Positions 17,186-26,645 of a stretch of 64,000 nucleotides of DNA are shown here, in pieces; position 1 is the stretch's first letter, and each line of letters opens with the position of its first letter. The notes under the pieces were generated by a model. The model was not told the DNA's origin. It was given only the letters and a program-made list of their open reading frames with translations, and ran no database searches. Location of the stretch: the sequence record MZ443769.1. One strand, written 5' to 3'. A program made the position numbers and the translations under genes.

Positions 17186-17608
17186 ATGGAACATAAAGTA
17201 AGAATCCGTATCATCGGACCTGTCGGTTGCGGCAAGTCAGAGGTGTACGTGCAATTGGTGAAAGCTCTCGCTATGACCAACGCGCGTGTTGTGCATCAAG
17301 ACCCTAAAGCTTGGGACCTGATTGCGCAGACTACTGGCCGTGCGGATAGCAACGAAGAACAATTCAATCCAGAAGTAACGATTGAAGAAGTCTGCATTCG
17401 CACCGACCCGAAAGCGTCACAGAATCCGATCATGCAGTTCTTTGCGTATGCGCATCTGCCTCCACATCTGCAAGGCGTTAGCCGTGAGATTGCGCTTCTC
17501 GCCCAGGAAATGGATCAGCGTCTGCCGCAAGGTCCTGAGAAATCTGCGGGTCTGCGTAAGTTGCTCGAGGCGAAAGACTGCTTAGTACGGTCGCTTGTAC
17601 GCGAATGA
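17186..17608 (+). CDS. two-part protein: P-loop-like N-terminus plus Acb2/Tad1-like helical hairpin
   Basis: GPVGCGKS; FAYAHLPPHLQ...LPQGPEKSAGLRKLLEAKDCLVRS. Confidence 0.55.
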   Translation: MEHKVRIRIIGPVGCGKSEVYVQLVKALAMTNARVVHQDPKAWDLIAQTTGRADSNEEQFNPEVTIEEVCIRTDPKASQNPIMQFFAYAHLPPHLQGVSREIALLAQEMDQRLPQGPEKSAGLRKLLEAKDCLVRSLVRE

Positions 17609-17997
17609 TTGTATCCGCAGACAACTGCCCTCCACTTAACGGCGCAGCGTATTGGGAACGCAGTCAAGATCCGTATCATGTTGATGCGTTCCCAAACGAA
17701 GAAGCTATCACAGGTCCTGGCATTGCAACAGGCATTCGTGCGTCTGGCTGGATGGCTATCGGCTGGCATGAAGACTGTCTCGCTTTTGTTGCGGACGGTT
17801 CTGAGTATGAAGATGATGGTATCGACTACATCCACTTCATAAGTTTTAATGGACATGAAGTGCGTATCCCTCGTGATGCACCATATCTGTCTGAACTTAT
17901 TCAGCGCCATATCAGCTACATCGAGGCTAAAGCTAAAGCCAAACCTCGTAGCGTTCTGTGTCTGCTGCGCTCAATCTTTTATCCTGTTCGAAACTAA
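17605..17997 (+). CDS. hypothetical protein
   Basis: ATGA overlap. Confidence 0.6.
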   Translation: MIVSADNCPPLNGAAYWERSQDPYHVDAFPNEEAITGPGIATGIRASGWMAIGWHEDCLAFVADGSEYEDDGIDYIHFISFNGHEVRIPRDAPYLSELIQRHISYIEAKAKAKPRSVLCLLRSIFYPVRN

Positions 17998-18006
17998 GGA
18001 ACTCCA

Positions 18007-18426
18007 ATGCGTCACACGCTTACGTGCAGTAAAGAATGTGAAACAGAATATCGTATCACATCAGGTGCGGATTTCAGTTCACGCTATTCAAGTCCAGAAC
18101 TCTTGTTTGAAACTGCGCGTGAGCTTGGCATTGGTCTGACTGACCAAGAACAGAAATGGTTCCGTGAACTGTCTGATCGTTGCCTCGGTGATCTCTCTAT
18201 GGAGATTCAGAAGTTTGACACTGAGGAAGAGGTTGCAGATGAACTCAAAAACTTGACGCACAATCAAGGCTTTGAGATCTCTGAGGACGTATACGATGAT
18301 TGCATCGCAGCAAAGTCTATCATCCACGTATTCGCTTTCACTGAAACGCAGAACGGCTTCTACGACTTCATTGCATCGACAACAACCGACGCCTTAGAAG
18401 CAGCGCATGGCTTCATCTTCGAGTAA
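18007..18426 (+). CDS. hypothetical protein
   Basis: AAGGA RBS, terminator after. Confidence 0.7.
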   Translation: MRHTLTCSKECETEYRITSGADFSSRYSSPELLFETARELGIGLTDQEQKWFRELSDRCLGDLSMEIQKFDTEEEVADELKNLTHNQGFEISEDVYDDCIAAKSIIHVFAFTETQNGFYDFIASTTTDALEAAHGFIFE

Positions 18427-18432
18427 CAATAC

Positions 18433-18455
18433 AGGGTGCCTTAGGGTGCCCTTTT
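18433..18455 (+). terminator. intrinsic terminator with tandem G-U pairs
   Basis: AGGGTGCC-TTAG-GGTGCCCT-TTTCT. Confidence 0.7.
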
Positions 18456-18579
18456 CTGATCGTATACAACTAAAATAAGCCTAAAAGGACCGAGTAGAAT
18501 CATGCGTAAGGCGTATAAAACGATGCGTAGGCAGCGTAGAAACACCACCTTTTTCTTGAGCAGTGCATTGCGCTTGAAA

Positions 18580-18589
18580 TCTGTAAATA
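18580..18589 (+). promoter_or_regulatory. motif I putative promoter for dam
   Basis: TCTGTAAATA 28 nt before ATG. Confidence 0.6.
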
Positions 18590-18607
18590 CTGATAAAGGA
18601 GAGATAA

Positions 18608-19450
18608 ATGACAGCAATAAGCCCAATCCGATATCAAGGAAATAAGCGCAGCCTAATACCCTTGATTTTAGAGAACGCTCCTTCTGTTAAGGACTGTTCT
18701 CGTTTCATTGATGCGTTCGGCGGTAGTGGTACTGTCTGCTTGAATATGCCTCAACCGTTTCGCGTGTACAACGAACTCAGTCCTCAGGTATTTGAGATCG
18801 TCAAGATGCTGTCAGAGCAAGACCCGAAGAAAACTCTGTCGCAGATTAAGCGTGTTGTGAAACACTGGGCGCTGACGAACAGTAGTGAAACGAGTTACGA
18901 CGACTTCCGTGTTCACGTCCAGAAGAAGCGTACCCCGTTACTGCATTACGTTGCACACAGACACTCACACTCCAACATGTTGCGCTTCAATCAGCAAGGC
19001 ATATACAATGTGCCATTCGGTGCTCGTGGTCTGATTGGAAAGTTCGATGAACTTGAGCATGAGCTTGTGCAATTCCATGAGCGTATGCAAGGTGTGCATC
19101 TGACTAACCTGCGCTACAATGACTTGCTGGGTAAAGTGCATAACCAGCTTAACAGCAACACGTTCTGCTACTTCGACCCACCGTATCTGGCAAGTGGTGC
19201 AATGCAATACGGGAAGTGGACTGAGCGCAACGAGCGTAACCTGCTTTCGATGCTGGAACATCTGACTCGCCTTGGCGTTCCGTGGATGTTGAGCAACGTT
19301 GTCGAGCACAGACACTTCAAGAACGATTTGTTGAAACGTTGGTTGAAACGTTGTGCAACGACCGTGCTCTATCCGAATAAAACATACGCACTGGCAAATG
19401 GTCAAGGCGGTTCACACGGTACTGTTGAAATTTTAGCAATGAACTATTAA
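18608..19450 (+). CDS. dam: DNA adenine methyltransferase (Dam/T4-Dam family)
   Basis: SPIRYQGNKRSL, FIDAFGGSGTV, FCYFDPPY. Confidence 0.9.
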   Translation: MTAISPIRYQGNKRSLIPLILENAPSVKDCSRFIDAFGGSGTVCLNMPQPFRVYNELSPQVFEIVKMLSEQDPKKTLSQIKRVVKHWALTNSSETSYDDFRVHVQKKRTPLLHYVAHRHSHSNMLRFNQQGIYNVPFGARGLIGKFDELEHELVQFHERMQGVHLTNLRYNDLLGKVHNQLNSNTFCYFDPPYLASGAMQYGKWTERNERNLLSMLEHLTRLGVPWMLSNVVEHRHFKNDLLKRWLKRCATTVLYPNKTYALANGQGGSHGTVEILAMNY

Positions 19451-19459
19451 GAGGTCGCT

Positions 19460-20170
19460 ATGGAAGATATTCAAAAGCAGATTGAAGTGTTGAAGACAAT
19501 CCGCATTGATGATGTGAGCGCATTCAAAGGCATTATGGATTATATCCATGCAGCACCAGCAGATCAGAAGCCTACAGAAGAAATGCAGAATCAGATCTGT
19601 GCTAGCCTCAAACTCAACTACGATCACTGGCGTTACTACAACGAACTGGCGCTGGTACTGTCGTACGGGGTTCCGTCTGCGATGACTGCAATAAATATTG
19701 CATGTTCGATGTTCAACGGACCTGACATCCGTGAAATTCTTGAACGCTACCAGCACGTCGAGAAAGAGCTTATCATCACTGCTGCTGAAATCGGAAATGA
19801 ATGGCTGCTTGATAACGGTAAGTTGATCACTGCGCGTAAAGCGATTGACAATTTGGTTGCGTTGTATCTTATCGACAACATCGACGAACCGGAAAGTACA
19901 CGTTGCATTGCTTTCCCATCTATGCCTGAGATGCACCCGTATCTTGTACAGGTATTTGAACTCGTAGACAAGTACGGTCTGAACGATAATGGGCGCTGGC
20001 GTACTGCGTACAGAACGATTGGTCAAACTGACCGCAACTTCATGCTGGATTATCCGACTGACCTGTCTGAAAAACAGAACCCTGTTATCAAAACAGATAT
20101 CGGGACAATCTATTTGCTTGCAGCACCTAAACGCGGTGACACTAACAGCAATCATCTTCGCTCTATCTGA
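19460..20170 (+). CDS. hypothetical protein
   Basis: GAGG RBS. Confidence 0.7.
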   Translation: MEDIQKQIEVLKTIRIDDVSAFKGIMDYIHAAPADQKPTEEMQNQICASLKLNYDHWRYYNELALVLSYGVPSAMTAINIACSMFNGPDIREILERYQHVEKELIITAAEIGNEWLLDNGKLITARKAIDNLVALYLIDNIDEPESTRCIAFPSMPEMHPYLVQVFELVDKYGLNDNGRWRTAYRTIGQTDRNFMLDYPTDLSEKQNPVIKTDIGTIYLLAAPKRGDTNSNHLRSI

Positions 20171-20177
20171 GGCGCTC

Positions 20178-20549
20178 ATGGCCAGAATTTATATCTCTGA
20201 TAAATACGAGGGTGACTTAGCGAATCACCCTGCTGTGTTGTTGCTGTCACTCAAGATAGGTGGTGCTACTGCCCAAAGTATTTCTGGCCGTGATCTGTAT
20301 CGCTATCTTGGTCTTAGTAAATGCTACACCGCTTGGATTAAAGATGGAGTTGAGGACTGTGGTCTTATCGAGAACGAGGACTATGTAGTCGAGTGGTTCA
20401 AGTCTGATGCAAATGGTCACTCCATCGAGCACAAGTTCACTCAGCTTGCTGCTGTCGAGATCGCTATGCGCAGCCGCAGTCCTTTAGCTAAACGTATTCG
20501 CCGTTCTGTTTGCAGACGTGACGGCTTCATTAAATTCGCAGGAGAGTAA
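20178..20549 (+). CDS. AntA/AntB antirepressor-type DNA-binding domain protein
   Basis: ISGRDLYRYLG..YTAWIK..GLIENEDY...AVEIAM..SPLAKRIRR. Confidence 0.75.
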   Translation: MARIYISDKYEGDLANHPAVLLLSLKIGGATAQSISGRDLYRYLGLSKCYTAWIKDGVEDCGLIENEDYVVEWFKSDANGHSIEHKFTQLAAVEIAMRSRSPLAKRIRRSVCRRDGFIKFAGE

Positions 20550-20550
20550 A

Positions 20551-21201
20551 GTGGAAAACGAAAACGAAATGCGCTTTGAACCGAAACACGTTGTTAATGG
20601 TTTTCAGTTCAATGCCGGTAACGTCCGACTGATGGCGTATGCTCTGGACTTAACTCGTCTTGGTGCAAAGCTTGGTCCTGACTTCTGGGAGAAACATATT
20701 ATCTCTGATCAGGAAGAGCAGGACATTATGATGAAACTCAAGGTCAAAGGTACTGTGATTCATTCACGTAACTTTGACATTTTCGAATCACTCGAACGCT
20801 GTCGCTTAAATGCTGCAATCGTTCTCGATGCCCTGTACTCAGGGTTCAATCAGTACGCTGATGCACTGCACCGTGTGATCTCAAACAATGAAATGCCTGT
20901 AGCCAGTTTGAAAACAGTTGGTGCTGAATATTTCACACGCACTGTCAGCACTTCGGACTTCGAACTGTGTACGCGCAGTCAGGCTGCAATGCTCGTAGAC
21001 TACGAACCGATTGTGATTGAAGTTGATCGTGATAACTTCGTACTGTCTGGCAACTGGCACGCCATCTCTTTTGCTGATGCTGAATCGCGTCTGCAACTGT
21101 ATCACAAGTGGTTGTTCAATCATACACTGACCACTTTCCGCATGAAGCAGATTCTTAATCTTCATCTGCGCACCGCATACCCTGAGTCTTTCGGAGGCTG
21201 A
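20551..21201 (+). CDS. hypothetical protein
   Basis: GGAGAG RBS before GTG 20551. Confidence 0.65.
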   Translation: MENENEMRFEPKHVVNGFQFNAGNVRLMAYALDLTRLGAKLGPDFWEKHIISDQEEQDIMMKLKVKGTVIHSRNFDIFESLERCRLNAAIVLDALYSGFNQYADALHRVISNNEMPVASLKTVGAEYFTRTVSTSDFELCTRSQAAMLVDYEPIVIEVDRDNFVLSGNWHAISFADAESRLQLYHKWLFNHTLTTFRMKQILNLHLRTAYPESFGG

Positions 21202-21202
21202 T

Positions 21203-21718
21203 ATGAACGAAGAACATATTGAAGCACTGCGTGAACGTCTGGCTAAAGCTTTGGGTTATGTACTCAAATGCGGTGACAAGACAACTCCAAGCTTTACGAG
21301 TGTCGGTCTAGGCTTCTATGTCGATGCAGAAGGTAAAGATGTGTGTTGGGTTTCTGACTGGTTGCCTGACTCGCCTGATAAGATTTTGCAAGTGATTGAG
21401 CGATATGGCTTGTCTGTCGAACGTGTTGCAAGCCCTAACCAGCGACCTCAATGCGCAAGCGAAGTCAAATGGGAATATCATGTCTGGTCACGCATGGTAA
21501 TGTATCGTAATCTCTCAAGCGATGCGCACAGATACCATCGAGTTAAAGGCGCTCGCGTAACTGCCAAAGACCTGACGACTGCTGTTCTGACTTGGGCTGT
21601 TCTCCGTGCTGAACATGTGCTTGCCTTGAAGCAAGACGCACTCGCCTCAGATCAATACAACTTCGACCGTTTAAAGGAAAAAGTTTATGTATCAGAAGCT
21701 GGACACGAAGAAGCCTGA
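21203..21718 (+). CDS. hypothetical, possibly phage ABA-sandwich (BC1872-like) domain
   Basis: LAKALGY...DWLPD..ILQVIERYGLSV...LTTAVLTWAV pattern. Confidence 0.45.
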   Translation: MNEEHIEALRERLAKALGYVLKCGDKTTPSFTSVGLGFYVDAEGKDVCWVSDWLPDSPDKILQVIERYGLSVERVASPNQRPQCASEVKWEYHVWSRMVMYRNLSSDAHRYHRVKGARVTAKDLTTAVLTWAVLRAEHVLALKQDALASDQYNFDRLKEKVYVSEAGHEEA

Positions 21719-22103
21719 CGACGATGCAGTCCGCAAAATGTATCAAGCCCGCAACCAACTCGTTGAACAAAAGATGCGAGAAATCTGGACTATGCGTGGT
21801 TGGACTATCGAGTGGGACTGGCACTGTGGATTTTGCGACGATGCCGAGTTCTTGTTTGATGCTGAGGGCAAGCGTCTATACTCCATAGAAAATGGTATTC
21901 CTCATGAAACGTCAATCGCTACGTTGCTGGACAAGCATAAGCTGAATGTCACGTACATGAAGAAAACTGTAAAGATCATAAACAAGCAAGCTGATAACCC
22001 TGTTACGGGGTCTGGTGATTGCATTTATATGGCATACATCAATTGGCTACTAGCCTTCGAAAAGCAGAAATTTGAGGAGAAGAATAAGTGCGCTGCGAAT
22101 TAA
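21687..22103 (+). CDS. hypothetical protein
   Basis: Overlapping operon ORF. Confidence 0.6.
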   Translation: MYQKLDTKKPDDDAVRKMYQARNQLVEQKMREIWTMRGWTIEWDWHCGFCDDAEFLFDAEGKRLYSIENGIPHETSIATLLDKHKLNVTYMKKTVKIINKQADNPVTGSGDCIYMAYINWLLAFEKQKFEEKNKCAAN

Positions 22104-22606
22104 CCGAACTGCCTATCGCTGTCGATCAAGCAGAAGCAATCATGGCCAGCGTGTTTGCTTTGGCGGTTGCTTCTAAATCAAAGCGCCGTGCTACTGCTGC
22201 AATGATGATTCAATTCATTGACGGCTTTCCGATGATCAAAAGCAGCGGCGTTAACGGTACTGTGCCGGGTTCGTCAAACGTTTGTGAAACACCAGACCTG
22301 CTGACAACGCTGCCTCATGTTATTCATGCGGAAGCGAACTGCCTTGACCGTCTGAATGATTACAACTCTCTGGTGACTGACCAAGACATTCTGTTTTGCA
22401 CAGACAGTCCGTGCCCAGATTGTTTGCGTCAACTGACAGACGAAGGCGTTAAGACCGTTGTGTATGCGCGTGAGTATCGCCTGACTGATCATCTCGACGC
22501 TTCTGATATTCGCATGTTCTGCCTCGATCTGAAAGCTGTTGAACAGCGTATGATTCGTAGCATCGAACGTATGTCGGAAGTTATCTCTACAACACCAAGT
22601 GTCTAA
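22088..22606 (+). CDS. dCMP deaminase family
   Basis: HAEAN and SPCPDC zinc motifs, SGVNGT. Confidence 0.85.
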   Translation: MRCELTELPIAVDQAEAIMASVFALAVASKSKRRATAAMMIQFIDGFPMIKSSGVNGTVPGSSNVCETPDLLTTLPHVIHAEANCLDRLNDYNSLVTDQDILFCTDSPCPDCLRQLTDEGVKTVVYAREYRLTDHLDASDIRMFCLDLKAVEQRMIRSIERMSEVISTTPSV

Positions 22607-22634
22607 CAGACCAATAACGTAAGGGTAAAACCAA

Positions 22635-23390
22635 ATGAACTTTTCTCCGTGGAATGTGAATCGTGATGGGCATCTCCTATCTGATGAAGATATCAAACGC
22701 ATAAGAACGTTTATGGACGAACAGCGTGGACGTATTATGCGCGAGTTTATGGACGTAGCCAACATGCCGCCTGATATGCCACAAGATATCTTTCGTAAAG
22801 GCAATAAGAGTGGCTTCTCTACAACTGGTCGTGTTGTAGCGCACGGTACAGGTCGTTACTCGCGTTCACCTGATAACATTCCACGCGACGGCATTCTCAA
22901 GATGCGTAACATGGTCAAGGTCGATTTAGATGATGTGCTGTTACAGCATCATTCAGATGACTTGTTTAGCACGATTGTCAAAAAGTACGCGGACGATTCG
23001 CTTGCTCAGACGATAGCAGAAATTCACGGTGCAGAAAGTCATTCTGGTCCTAAAGGTCCTGATGGTGCTTCTCGTGCGTTCAGACTCGGACAAGCTCCCG
23101 AACGTCGTCGTATTAATCATGACGGTACTATCGACGTTTCAGATATTCCTCCAGGTACTTCTGTGGATATCGAATATCATTCTTACCAGTTAGACGCGCA
23201 GCGTAGTTCTGCACTGTCTACTGTTAATGCCCAAGCTATGGCTCGAATGATGGAACGAAGGGTCCGTAGTAAAACTGCCGTGTGGTCTGCTGATCGTCGT
23301 GACCGTGCTGCAACACCAAAAACGAAACGAGCTGCTCTGCGTAAGAAGTCTGCCGCACAGAAGAAAGCCCGTAAGCAACAACGTTCATAA
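22635..23390 (+). CDS. hypothetical protein with basic C-tail
   Basis: 251-aa ORF ending RKKSAAQKKARKQQRS. Confidence 0.7.
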   Translation: MNFSPWNVNRDGHLLSDEDIKRIRTFMDEQRGRIMREFMDVANMPPDMPQDIFRKGNKSGFSTTGRVVAHGTGRYSRSPDNIPRDGILKMRNMVKVDLDDVLLQHHSDDLFSTIVKKYADDSLAQTIAEIHGAESHSGPKGPDGASRAFRLGQAPERRRINHDGTIDVSDIPPGTSVDIEYHSYQLDAQRSSALSTVNAQAMARMMERRVRSKTAVWSADRRDRAATPKTKRAALRKKSAAQKKARKQQRS

Positions 23391-23398
23391 GGAACAAC

Positions 23399-23878
23399 AT
23401 GGACACGTCATTTGATAAATCAATCGCAGACGCACTGGCCAAAGCACTCGGTGTCCCTGCTTATATGTTAGATGCGACTGCTGACCAAGACGCTATCGCT
23501 CACTATCAAGCGCAAGACAAGCATACGAAACGTAAAGTCGCTTGTGGTCTGGCTCTGCTTCAACTTCAAATTCCTGATGATATGCGCTTCGACCTGTTGA
23601 ACAATCATCTCGAAGAAACCGAACAGCTTATCAAAAGTTCGTTCGAGGAACTCACAGCAAGTCTGGTCAATGTGCTGTCTCAAGACCAAGACTCTGCTAA
23701 ATCATCGCAACTCAATGGTGTTCGTCTCGCTATGCTGATGAATATCCTTGGGTTCGATAACGATACCCTTAAGGGTGTGCTACTCAGTCCGATGGCAACT
23801 CAAGCTGCTGCGATTGCTTCAACGGGCTTGAACGATATTGGACTGAAAATCCAACAACTGTACGACGAGAAAAAGTAA
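23399..23878 (+). CDS. hypothetical protein
   Basis: AAGGA RBS. Confidence 0.7.
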   Translation: MDTSFDKSIADALAKALGVPAYMLDATADQDAIAHYQAQDKHTKRKVACGLALLQLQIPDDMRFDLLNNHLEETEQLIKSSFEELTASLVNVLSQDQDSAKSSQLNGVRLAMLMNILGFDNDTLKGVLLSPMATQAAAIASTGLNDIGLKIQQLYDEKK

Positions 23879-24033
23879 TGAGCCAACCAGACAATCCACT
23901 TGCGAAGTTCTTTGATGAAGAAGCATCTTTCCCGGGCCTCGATGAAGCACAAGATCGCGTAGATGCAATGCGTGACGGTGGCGGCGAAGCACTGGAAGAT
24001 GGCGAAGCTGATTGTGACGGCTGCAAGATCTAA
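23878..24033 (+). CDS. 51-aa acidic protein resembling the NrdA C-terminal redox tail (absent from ORF track)
   Basis: TAATG coupling; MSQPDNPLAKFFDEEASFPGLDEAQDRVDAMRDGGGEALEDGEADCDGCKI; terminator follows. Confidence 0.7.
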   Translation: MSQPDNPLAKFFDEEASFPGLDEAQDRVDAMRDGGGEALEDGEADCDGCKI

Positions 24034-24039
24034 AACCAT

Positions 24040-24067
24040 TGGGGTGGCTGTGTGCTGCCCCATTTTT
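24040..24067 (+). terminator. intrinsic terminator, GGGTGGC/GCTGCCC family
   Basis: TGGGGTGGC-TGTGT-GCTGCCCCA-TTTTT. Confidence 0.8.
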
Positions 24068-24081
24068 GTTTGGAGAACGAA

Positions 24082-24543
24082 ATGGAATCTGAAATTCTAA
24101 CTAAGGCAGAGCGAGATCATTACCTCGTCGAGATCACTCGCTATCTGCACCCCTCTCTTCAACGTGAAGCTTTACTCAAACTTACTGCTGCACTCGATGC
24201 GATTATCGGTGATTCTTGCTTTGCGTTTGTGGACGAACCGACACGTATCTTGATAGACGGTCGTGCTCAAGAGGCTTTTCAGCAATGGGCTTCTGAGTAC
24301 CCTGACTGTCCTGCGCTCGCGGATAAGTCTCGTTTCTGGGTAAAAGTGGAGTTACGCAAAACATTAGCTCGGTCTTCTTTCCACATGGGGCTTTCTACTG
24401 AACTCTGTTCGCTTTATGCAGGCAACTGTTCTGTAGATTTGACATCACATATAAACAAGTGGCCTGATCATAAAATTCGAGCGGTATATCATCAGGCTAT
24501 TTCAAAAGAGGCCAACTCAGATGCAAACAGCATTCCGTTGTAA
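24082..24543 (+). CDS. hypothetical protein
   Basis: GGAG RBS before ATG 24082. Confidence 0.7.
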   Translation: MESEILTKAERDHYLVEITRYLHPSLQREALLKLTAALDAIIGDSCFAFVDEPTRILIDGRAQEAFQQWASEYPDCPALADKSRFWVKVELRKTLARSSFHMGLSTELCSLYAGNCSVDLTSHINKWPDHKIRAVYHQAISKEANSDANSIPL

Positions 24544-25051
24544 ATCGTGCAAGTACGTTCACATCGGTCGAGTAAGTAGTTGTGACTGCAATAACAAACC
24601 CTTTGCGTACACGTTGGTGCATATCATCGACGTACCGGAAAACGAAGACGAAGTGCCTGAATTCAAAAGCTTGATGCACTCGCGCGAACCTCGTTTCGTT
24701 AACTACGAGCACGGTAATCTGCTCAACGGAATCTATACGCATGTAGGCAAGCGCGAATCAGGTCGAGCTGATGTTCAAGTCATGGGGAACATGGGCAGCA
24801 CGTTCGAGAAGCGTGACGTCGGGACTAAGCTTATAGACCTGAACATGAAAGCAAACTGTGTGCTTGCAACCGCAGGTCCTGAATTGCTTGAAGTTGCGTA
24901 CATGGCTTATCAGTATTTCCACACTAAGCGTCTGGTGCAAGGTTCAAGCCCTCGCGTAGATAATCAAATCAAGTTGCTGGCTGAGGCAATCAAGAAAGCA
25001 ACTGACCTTTCACCTTTCAGGACTAAACAAAATGTTAGAGATGACGATTGA
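24521..25051 (+). CDS. hypothetical protein with N-terminal Cys cluster
   Basis: CKSC...CDC; ANCVLATAGPELLE..AIKKAT motif common in phage proteins. Confidence 0.65.
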   Translation: MQTAFRCKSCKYVHIGRVSSCDCNNKPFAYTLVHIIDVPENEDEVPEFKSLMHSREPRFVNYEHGNLLNGIYTHVGKRESGRADVQVMGNMGSTFEKRDVGTKLIDLNMKANCVLATAGPELLEVAYMAYQYFHTKRLVQGSSPRVDNQIKLLAEAIKKATDLSPFRTKQNVRDDD

Positions 25052-25706
25052 GTTGGTAAATGCGTGGGCACCTCTGATCTTCTTCGCAGTAGGTGTCATT
25101 GGAACTCTCTGGTACTGTGGTCGTACAGACCTACTCAAACTGCGTCGTTCTCAGAAAGAACAGGCTCGTCATGATGCAGCACGTCAGTTCATGGAGCAGG
25201 GTAAGATCAAAGGTGCGCAAGTCTGGATTCATCGTAAGACAGGCAATGCGTATAACATCCTGTTCCTGACAAACATGTACACCGATAAGCCCTCGTTTAT
25301 TGTGAATGTTGTCTATTCGAAACACTGGGCGTATCTGTACTCACGACCTCTCGCGGACTTCCTTGATAAGTTCTACCACGACCCATCAGTTGACAACACA
25401 CCCGCCACAGGGTTTGACGACCTGATGGCTTTGACGCATGATGCTTTAGGTCGTGTTGTTATCGACAAGCCTGAACCTGATTCTATCTGGGTGCGCGTCG
25501 ATCATCTGCCTGATGGGTTCAAAGAACTTGATGGTGAAATGACTGCCAGCTACAAAGCCAGGTCTGTCGAAGTCACCGTTCAGGAAATCGTTAATCAGTC
25601 GCCGTCTCAACCATTCGTTTTATATTCTGTAAATGGAGAGCGTGAGCTGTTAAACCTCGATCGTTTCCTCAGAACTTATAAACGTAAGGAACTTGAAAAT
25701 GTATGA
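25032..25706 (+). CDS. membrane-anchored protein with DUF1653-like domain
   Basis: N-terminal TM; WIHRKTGNAY..VVYS..YSRPLADFLDKF. Confidence 0.55.
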   Translation: MLEMTIELVNAWAPLIFFAVGVIGTLWYCGRTDLLKLRRSQKEQARHDAARQFMEQGKIKGAQVWIHRKTGNAYNILFLTNMYTDKPSFIVNVVYSKHWAYLYSRPLADFLDKFYHDPSVDNTPATGFDDLMALTHDALGRVVIDKPEPDSIWVRVDHLPDGFKELDGEMTASYKARSVEVTVQEIVNQSPSQPFVLYSVNGERELLNLDRFLRTYKRKELENV

Positions 25707-26013
25707 TGCCTTTAAGTACATCATGTGCGTATTGAAGGGAAGTAACCGTGAGAACGTAGATGTGTATCTGCCTATCATCTTCCCGCAGCATATCATGCAC
25801 AGTGATATGAAGGAATGTATGCAGCAATACTCCATGAGTAGTGGCTATCGTGATAACAAATACGATCAGCATATCGAATTCGTATCTGCGGGTTTCATTT
25901 CAATGGACATGCAGACGTGCTTCGGCGAATCTGAATCAATGAGCTTGAAGTCTCGACCAGAAGACGCAGAGATCATTCGTACATGGAATCAAAATCATGG
26001 AAAAGTTTCTTGA
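25699..26013 (+). CDS. conserved small phage protein
   Basis: VSAGF..CFGESESMSLKSRPED motif. Confidence 0.65.
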   Translation: MYDAFKYIMCVLKGSNRENVDVYLPIIFPQHIMHSDMKECMQQYSMSSGYRDNKYDQHIEFVSAGFISMDMQTCFGESESMSLKSRPEDAEIIRTWNQNHGKVS

Positions 26014-26332
26014 GCTACTGAGCACTTTCTTTGACTCTCCAGCCAGTGCGTTCGTCGTGCCTTTCGTTGTGATCAGCTATTTCATCATTGAGCACAAATA
26101 CGAAAAGCGGACCTTACGCCAGTCTCGCGCTGTGTTTGCAGACGGCTGGAATCCTGCTAAAGGCACAGAGTATAAACACAAGTGGTGGCCGGGTAGACGT
26201 TGCAGTATGTGCTTCACGTCGAACAGTCCGAACGATAAGTTTGTACCGAGTGTAGTGATCAACATCGCAGGTGTTGGTGTACGTGAGATGAATGCTAACA
26301 AATTCCGTTCACGTTATAAGGAGATCGTATGA
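25997..26332 (+). CDS. membrane-anchored hypothetical protein
   Basis: N-terminal hydrophobic segment. Confidence 0.6.
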   Translation: MEKFLELLSTFFDSPASAFVVPFVVISYFIIEHKYEKRTLRQSRAVFADGWNPAKGTEYKHKWWPGRRCSMCFTSNSPNDKFVPSVVINIAGVGVREMNANKFRSRYKEIV

Positions 26333-26634
26333 TTCCTTATGTGTATCTCGAACAGTCAACAATCGAAACAATGAAGTCTGTATTCGGTTGTGACAAACCT
26401 TTCGTTGTCGCCAGCACAATGAACATCGCTGGGCATAAAGGTGATCGTGTTTACTTCTCTAACGGAGCTAACACTGTCATCGTTCCTCGTCTGCAAGGCT
26501 TCTCTATTGGTCAGGTCTACTATATCGCACTCGATAACAATGTGTACGAGTGGAAAGCAGGCACTGAATACGATCAACCGCAAGTAACAGATAACGCCGT
26601 AGTACAGGCTTATCGCATCACACCTATTCGTTAA
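26329..26634 (+). CDS. hypothetical protein
   Basis: ATGA overlap. Confidence 0.6.
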   Translation: MIPYVYLEQSTIETMKSVFGCDKPFVVASTMNIAGHKGDRVYFSNGANTVIVPRLQGFSIGQVYYIALDNNVYEWKAGTEYDQPQVTDNAVVQAYRITPIR

Positions 26635-26645
26635 CAGGACTAACA

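Noticed and set aside
18427-18607. Intergenic stretch as tRNA, sRNA or small ORF
   Set aside because: No cloverleaf or T-arm motif; the possible short ORFs on either strand lack an RBS. Only the terminator and motif I are supported.
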